The notes below the pieces were generated by a model that saw nothing but the letters and a program-made list of their open reading frames with translations, did no database searches and was not told where the DNA came from. Below are positions 59,613-64,000 of a stretch of DNA of 64,000 bases, one piece after another. Both the position numbers and the translations under genes were made by a program. This DNA is from an uncultured Armatimonadetes bacterium (GTDB lineage: Bacteria > Armatimonadota > UBA5829 > DTJY01). Location: contig OY970325.1 of assembly GCA_963717145.1 (NCBI GenBank), positions 1,760,001 through 1,824,000 on the forward strand. Reading direction: 5' to 3'. Every line of letters begins with the position of its first letter. Position 1 is the stretch's first letter.

Positions 59613-61009
59613 TCCGATCCTCCATGCATCGGGACGACATACGGCCCCTCCGGTATGACCGCGATCCGACGGTCGCCGCTCTCACGGATCGCCCGGACGA
59701 TGTCGTCGATCATGCCCACTCCTGTCAGCTCGGCGTCGGCGGCGGACAGGCATGGCGCATGGACATGTATCCTGCCCGCAAGCATCGCCTTGAGCTGCAT
59801 TTGCGTCTGCCATTCGTCGATCGACGCCGACTGCTTGTTCGCTATTTCCAGCACAAATCCCTGGGGACCGAGCGTGATCAGCCGCCGTTGGGCATCGACG
59901 TACTCCGCCGATCCCATTCCCTCCGAGCACTCCGAGACGATGAAGAGGTCGCCGCCCGGCTCGAGGATATCCATCGCCCCGACCATCCCTTTGACCGTCT
60001 GGTAGTAGGTCTTGTCGAGCGGATATCCGCCTGCGCTCGTGACGACCGTGCGGTACCTTCGCCCGACCCGCGACTCGACATAGGGCCGGATGAACGACAC
60101 CGCCGCATAATGGCTCTCCTCGATACCGCCGAAATCGATGTACGCCGGTCGACGGTCTGCATCAATGACCACGTTGACGGCAAAGATACCGAGAGAACCA
60201 GGCCGTCGCACACCGTAGGGGCGATCCTTCAACGGTCGCCCGCCAGATTGGCTAGCAGCCTCCACGGCCTGAGCGGGCGACCGTGGAAGGATCGCCCCTA
60301 CGGTGTTCAGCGGTTTCGCGTTGCAGTCGCCGGCCATACGGGCGATCTGAAGCAACTCCTCGTGGACCGGGTTGCCTTTCATGATGCAGTTCGCCGCTCG
60401 GGGATGCGCGAGAAGTCCCGCGCGATGGAGCGAGACGATGGTGCTGTGATGAGCGATCCCCGGCGCGATCAGCTTCCGTCCGCCTGAGTACCCCGCCATG
60501 AAGTGCGGCTCGACCAGGCCGACGACGATCCGCAGGTCGGCATCGAGGAATCGCCGGTCGAGGCGGACCGGAGTGCCCCGACTCGTCTCGCCCAGATACA
60601 CATGGGCATCGTCGTCACGGGCGAAGTGGTTGGCGATCATGACGTTGCTCAGGATGGGATCGTCGCCCACAAGCTCACTCAACTCGTCGCCCTCATTCGG
60701 GCGATGGAGACCGGTCGCGACGAGGACGGTGATCCACTCGGCGGGGATGCCGGCGTCGATCAGGCGACTGACGAGAATGGGCAGGATCAGCGAGTTGGGG
60801 ACCGGGCGGGTGATGTCGCAGATCAGGATACACGCGCTCCGGCATCCCTGGGCTTCTTCCTCCAGAGCGCCCGCCGACAAGGCGTCGTCGAGGCTCGCGG
60901 CCGGGTCATTGAGGACCGGCATCGGTTTCGTGGCAATGATATCGACCTCCCAATCGTCAGGGAAATTGAGCGGGAGGCCTGTTCGACCATATCGCATCAC
61001 GACTTGCAT
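59609..61009 (-). CDS. larA: LarA-family nickel-pincer racemase/epimerase with in-frame REP doublet
   Basis: DITRPVP, VATGLHR, NH, GETSRGTPV, EPHFMAGYSGGRK, GGYPLD..YQTVKG, IPEGPY. Substrate unknown. Confidence 0.88.
   Translation of the reverse strand: MQVVMRYGRTGLPLNFPDDWEVDIIATKPMPVLNDPAASLDDALSAGALEEEAQGCRSACILICDITRPVPNSLILPILVSRLIDAGIPAEWITVLVATGLHRPNEGDELSELVGDDPILSNVMIANHFARDDDAHVYLGETSRGTPVRLDRRFLDADLRIVVGLVEPHFMAGYSGGRKLIAPGIAHHSTIVSLHRAGLLAHPRAANCIMKGNPVHEELLQIARMAGDCNAKPLNTVGAILPRSPAQAVEAASQSGGRPLKDRPYGVRRPGSLGIFAVNVVIDADRRPAYIDFGGIEESHYAAVSFIRPYVESRVGRRYRTVVTSAGGYPLDKTYYQTVKGMVGAMDILEPGGDLFIVSECSEGMGSAEYVDAQRRLITLGPQGFVLEIANKQSASIDEWQTQMQLKAMLAGRIHVHAPCLSAADAELTGVGMIDDIVRAIRESGDRRIAVIPEGPYVVPMHGGSE
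60211..60305. repeat. GTAG-REP doublet inside larA
   Basis: caccgtaggggcgatccttcaacggtcgccc...gggcgaccgtggaaggatcgcccctacggtg. Confidence 0.92.
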
Positions 61010-61021
61010 GTCCCAGTCCTC

Positions 61022-61897
61022 TCAACTTCGGAGCGTCGGATCATCGATCTTCCAGCGGTTCTCGGTGTCCGGCCGGGTGATGATCCCGTAGGTCTCCGGA
61101 CGCCGCATGCCGAGGAAGCACTCCTTGAGCGTCGGATAGCGCTTCTTCAGGTCGCCGGTCGCCCAGTACTCATATCCCTCGTCGAGATCGACCTCTGCCA
61201 CCGCCACGCCCGGCTTGTGACTGGTCGATGCAAGCGTGCGCCCATAGGGATCGACGATGCGCGAGTGGCCCATCGAGCAGCCGGTGAGGAACGGCGCATC
61301 GACGTAATGACTCGTGACGACATAGACCTGGTTATCGATCGCGCGGGCGTTCACCAGCGACTCACACATGTCGCCGGTGTAGTCGCGCCACATGGTCGGA
61401 TGGGCGATCACATCCGCACCCTGGAGCGCGAGGATCGTCCACGGCTCGGGGTAGTGGACGTCCATGCAGATCATGACGCCCACTCGGCCGAAATCGAGGT
61501 CGAAGACGGGGTATTCATCGCCCGCCTCGACCTGGTCCGATTCGCCCGGCGCGAGATGAGTCTTGCGGTACTTGCCGACCAACTCGCCTTTACGGTCTAT
61601 GACAACTCCCACGTTGTAGAGGCGGTCTCCTTCGCGCTCCCTGAGGCCGACGACGAGGTTGACGCCATGCTTGCGCGCTTTCTCGGCGAACCTGGCCTGG
61701 ATCGGACCGCCGGGGACCGGTTCCCCGACCTTCGCACATTCCTCCGGTGTCCGGCCGTAGATGTCCATCTCCTCAGGCAGGACGATCAGGTCCGGTTTCG
61801 ACTGTGCCGCCTCATCAATCGCGGCGAGCCCCGCCTCGATCATCGAGCCCTTGTTGTTCAGCAGCGTGACGGTTGCCAATCTTGCCATTCGTTTCAT
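61022..61897 (-). CDS. Carbon-nitrogen hydrolase (nitrilase superfamily)
   Basis: LPEE, YRKTHL and ICMD (E-K-C triad); GHSRIVDPYG. Confidence 0.92.
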   Translation of the reverse strand: MKRMARLATVTLLNNKGSMIEAGLAAIDEAAQSKPDLIVLPEEMDIYGRTPEECAKVGEPVPGGPIQARFAEKARKHGVNLVVGLREREGDRLYNVGVVIDRKGELVGKYRKTHLAPGESDQVEAGDEYPVFDLDFGRVGVMICMDVHYPEPWTILALQGADVIAHPTMWRDYTGDMCESLVNARAIDNQVYVVTSHYVDAPFLTGCSMGHSRIVDPYGRTLASTSHKPGVAVAEVDLDEGYEYWATGDLKKRYPTLKECFLGMRRPETYGIITRPDTENRWKIDDPTLRS

Positions 61898-61902
61898 GTT
61901 CT

Positions 61903-62892
61903 TTACCTCGAAAGATCAACCCAACGGTGTTCAATCTCCATTCCATCTTGTACCGGAAGAGTCAAGAGCCTTCCGTCGTCCGTCTCGAATGTGAGTTCCC
62001 GGCACTGGACACGGTCGGGCAGGCCTTCCAGACGGACGACCGTGCCTTCGAGACGGGCATGGCGGCGCATGTACCGATAGTCGACCACCTCGTCCGGATT
62101 GGCGTACCAGCAGCGATCGCCTCCCTCAGAGACGATCGCCTCCAGTCGCTCACGGTGGTGCGCCGCCGTGCAGTCTTTGTAGTCGTGGACCGCCTTCTCG
62201 AGCGGGCAGTGGCAGTAGTCGACGATCCATCCGCCCGCATCCTGCGCCTGACGGATGCGCTTGTGGGCATCGAATGCGCTGTCGAAGACGCCCCAGTACC
62301 GCTCGTGTATCGGGACGCGATTCACCCAGAGGAGGCTGTCCGAAGACCCCCCAGACCACCGATCTCAGGCGACTCCGTCGCCGGCGGCCGGCGACGGAGT
62401 CGCCTGAGATCGGTGGTCTGCGGGAGAGTCTCTGGAGGATAGTTGATGTCGTCTGTGATGCTCAGGCCGGCGAGATAGCCGTACTCTCGGAGCTTCTCCT
62501 GGACGTCGGGCGTCAGGTTGTCGTTCGTGCCCGGCGAGGTGTAGACCGTCACGGGCCGCCCGATCGCATCCTCGATTGTTTCCCTGGCCTGGCGGAGTTC
62601 GCGGTCCGGGTCGTCCATCACCACGCCGTGGCTCCACGAGTGGCAGCCGACTCCCCACCCCATCATCGATCAGTCCTCGCAGTTCGTCCGCGTTCATGTG
62701 CCGCATGCCGTTGAACGAACTCTCGCCGCAGTGACGGATCTCGCCGATCTGGCCCGCGACGACTTCCACGTGACCCGGGATACCGAGTTCCTGGTGCGTC
62801 GGGATGACGAAGCGCGCCAGGTCCGCCAGCGCCTCGTCGTATGTGATCGAGTAGACCCAATCCTTGCCGTGCTTCCAGGTTGTGATTTCCAT
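61903..62892 (-). pseudogene. Polysaccharide deacetylase-like (CE4/NodB) protein in three frames, with an internal palindrome
   Basis: SITYDE, then GWGVGCHSWSH in a second frame, then a third frame; shifts at about 62665 and 62350; 72-nt palindrome at 62350-62421. Confidence 0.72.
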
Positions 62893-62919
62893 GGTCTCTC
62901 CTTTATGGGAACCTGGCGT

Positions 62920-63026
62920 GTATGGCCGTAGGGGCGATCCTTCAACGGTCGCCCGCGAGACCGACGATCACGCGATGATCATCTATATGGTGGGCGACCG
63001 TTGAAGGATCGCCCCTACGGCCATAC
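62920..63026. repeat. Intergenic GTAG-REP doublet
   Basis: gtatggccgtaggggcgatccttcaacggtcgccc...gggcgaccgttgaaggatcgcccctacggccatac. Confidence 0.92.
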
Positions 63027-63031
63027 GGCGG

Positions 63032-64000
63032 TTACCTGTTCCTATCGGCGACGCGGCGGATGATCTCAGCCGCGATCTCGCAGTGCTCGGGCCGGTACTT
63101 CTCGCAGAAGGTCGACCAGCGGATGAAGCGTCTCCAGGAATGCGTGCGCCGTCGGGCATGTCTCGACCCGTAGTCGTACTCCCGCGAGGCAGGCGGCTTC
63201 GCGAACGGATAGACGCCTTCCGCGCGTTCTCCTGCAGGAACGTCAGCGACTCGGGCATCAGGTAGTACCTCGCCGTGCCCGCGCCGGGGATGCCCTCATC
63301 CGCCAACTGCCGGCCGAACTCATCCGCTGATGCACTTGAACACCGTCGGATCGATGCTCATGCCGAACATCCAGCACGAGTAGACGCCCACGTAGTCCGG
63401 TATCGGCAGCGGCGTGACGCCCGGTATCTCGCCGATCAGGTCGGTCAGCAGCCGCACCATCTTGTCGCGATGCGTCGACCTGCGGCCGGATGATCTCCAA
63501 CTGCGCGAGCGTGATCGCCGCCGTGCAGTGCGGCATGCGGTAGGCGTAGCCCCGCACGGTGTGGATGCGCCCGTAAGTCCGGCACCTGCACCCCGCCGCG
63601 ACTCTGGCCGATGAACCGCGCCCGCTCCGCCAGGTCGTCGTCGTTGGTGATGATGCATCCGCCGACGTCCGAGCCCATCGTCTTCTCGCAGTCGAAGGAG
63701 AAACCCGCCGGCGGTCGAGAGGTTGCCCGCGAGCCGACCCTTGTACTCGCCGAACACCGCCTGGCAGGCGTCCTCGTAGACGATCAGCCCGCGCTCTTGC
63801 GCCAGCTCGTTGATCGGGTCCATGTCGCAGATCAGGCCGGTCTTGTGCACGACGAGTATCGCGCGCGTGCGGTCGGTGATGCACGGCTCGATGGTCGCGG
63901 CGCTGATGTTGACCGTGCCCGGCTCGGTGTCGGCGAAGACCGGAATGTAGTTCTCCGAGAGGATACCCAGCAGCGTGCCGTAGTCGGTGATCGGGCTGAC
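63032..64000 (-). pseudogene. DegT/DnrJ/EryC1/StrS aminotransferase, 5' partial, with multiple frameshifts
   Basis: PVFADTEP, VHKTG..CDMDPI, YEDACQA, GSDVGGCIITND, GYAYRM and AQLE are scattered over several frames; TAA at 63032. Confidence 0.8.

Noticed and set aside
7715-62080. Long antisense or alternate-frame ORFs (e.g. 7715-9043, 12981-14366, 19162-20397, 25674-26987, 55908-57713, 60503-62080)
   Set aside because: These are shadow ORFs of well-supported genes in high-GC DNA, with no motifs or RBS.
61903-64000. Programmed frameshifting or genuine pseudogenisation of DegT and the deacetylase
   Set aside because: Many single-base indels cluster here and elsewhere, some in homopolymers, without slippery-site signatures. 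Assembly error is the simpler explanation and needs read data to settle.

Overview
High-GC bacterial chromosomal window. It is probably Armatimonadota, an inference from a PEP-CTERM-like protein and a secreted protein with a C-terminal module I associate with that phylum. Contents from left to right: (i) 1-14.8 kb, carbohydrate-use genes (GH-like, DUF4091, glycogen debranching enzyme, GH2, sugar ABC binding protein and permease, SGNH hydrolase); (ii) a frameshifted STAND-NTPase/TPR gene converging on a DUF4258/DUF2283 toxin-antitoxin-like pair; (iii) a housekeeping block (metG, FmdB-type zinc ribbon, ricT/PSP1, ECF sigma, probable 6S RNA, DUF885, tRNA-Pro); (iv) secreted and signalling genes and a GH36-like enzyme; (v) a defence island at about 35.1-45.4 kb, with a truncated DUF3800 gene plus a convergent structured ncRNA, followed by one tightly packed run of hsdR, an unknown gene, hsdM, hsdS, an HsdR_N-like/2TM gene, a HEPN gene and mrr, and then two hairpin tandem arrays; (vi) kdpFABC with a kinase-less kdpD and extra small membrane ORFs; (vii) a minus-strand catabolic cluster (DegT, deacetylase, C-N hydrolase, LarA-like, GH51, GH129-like, GH95). 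Several families of REP-like palindromes recur across the window. Many lie in frame inside proteins, including MetRS, and two supply stop codons. Numerous single-base frameshifts, some in homopolymers and densest at the right end, may be assembly errors. All family calls come from motif recognition by eye, with no database searches.
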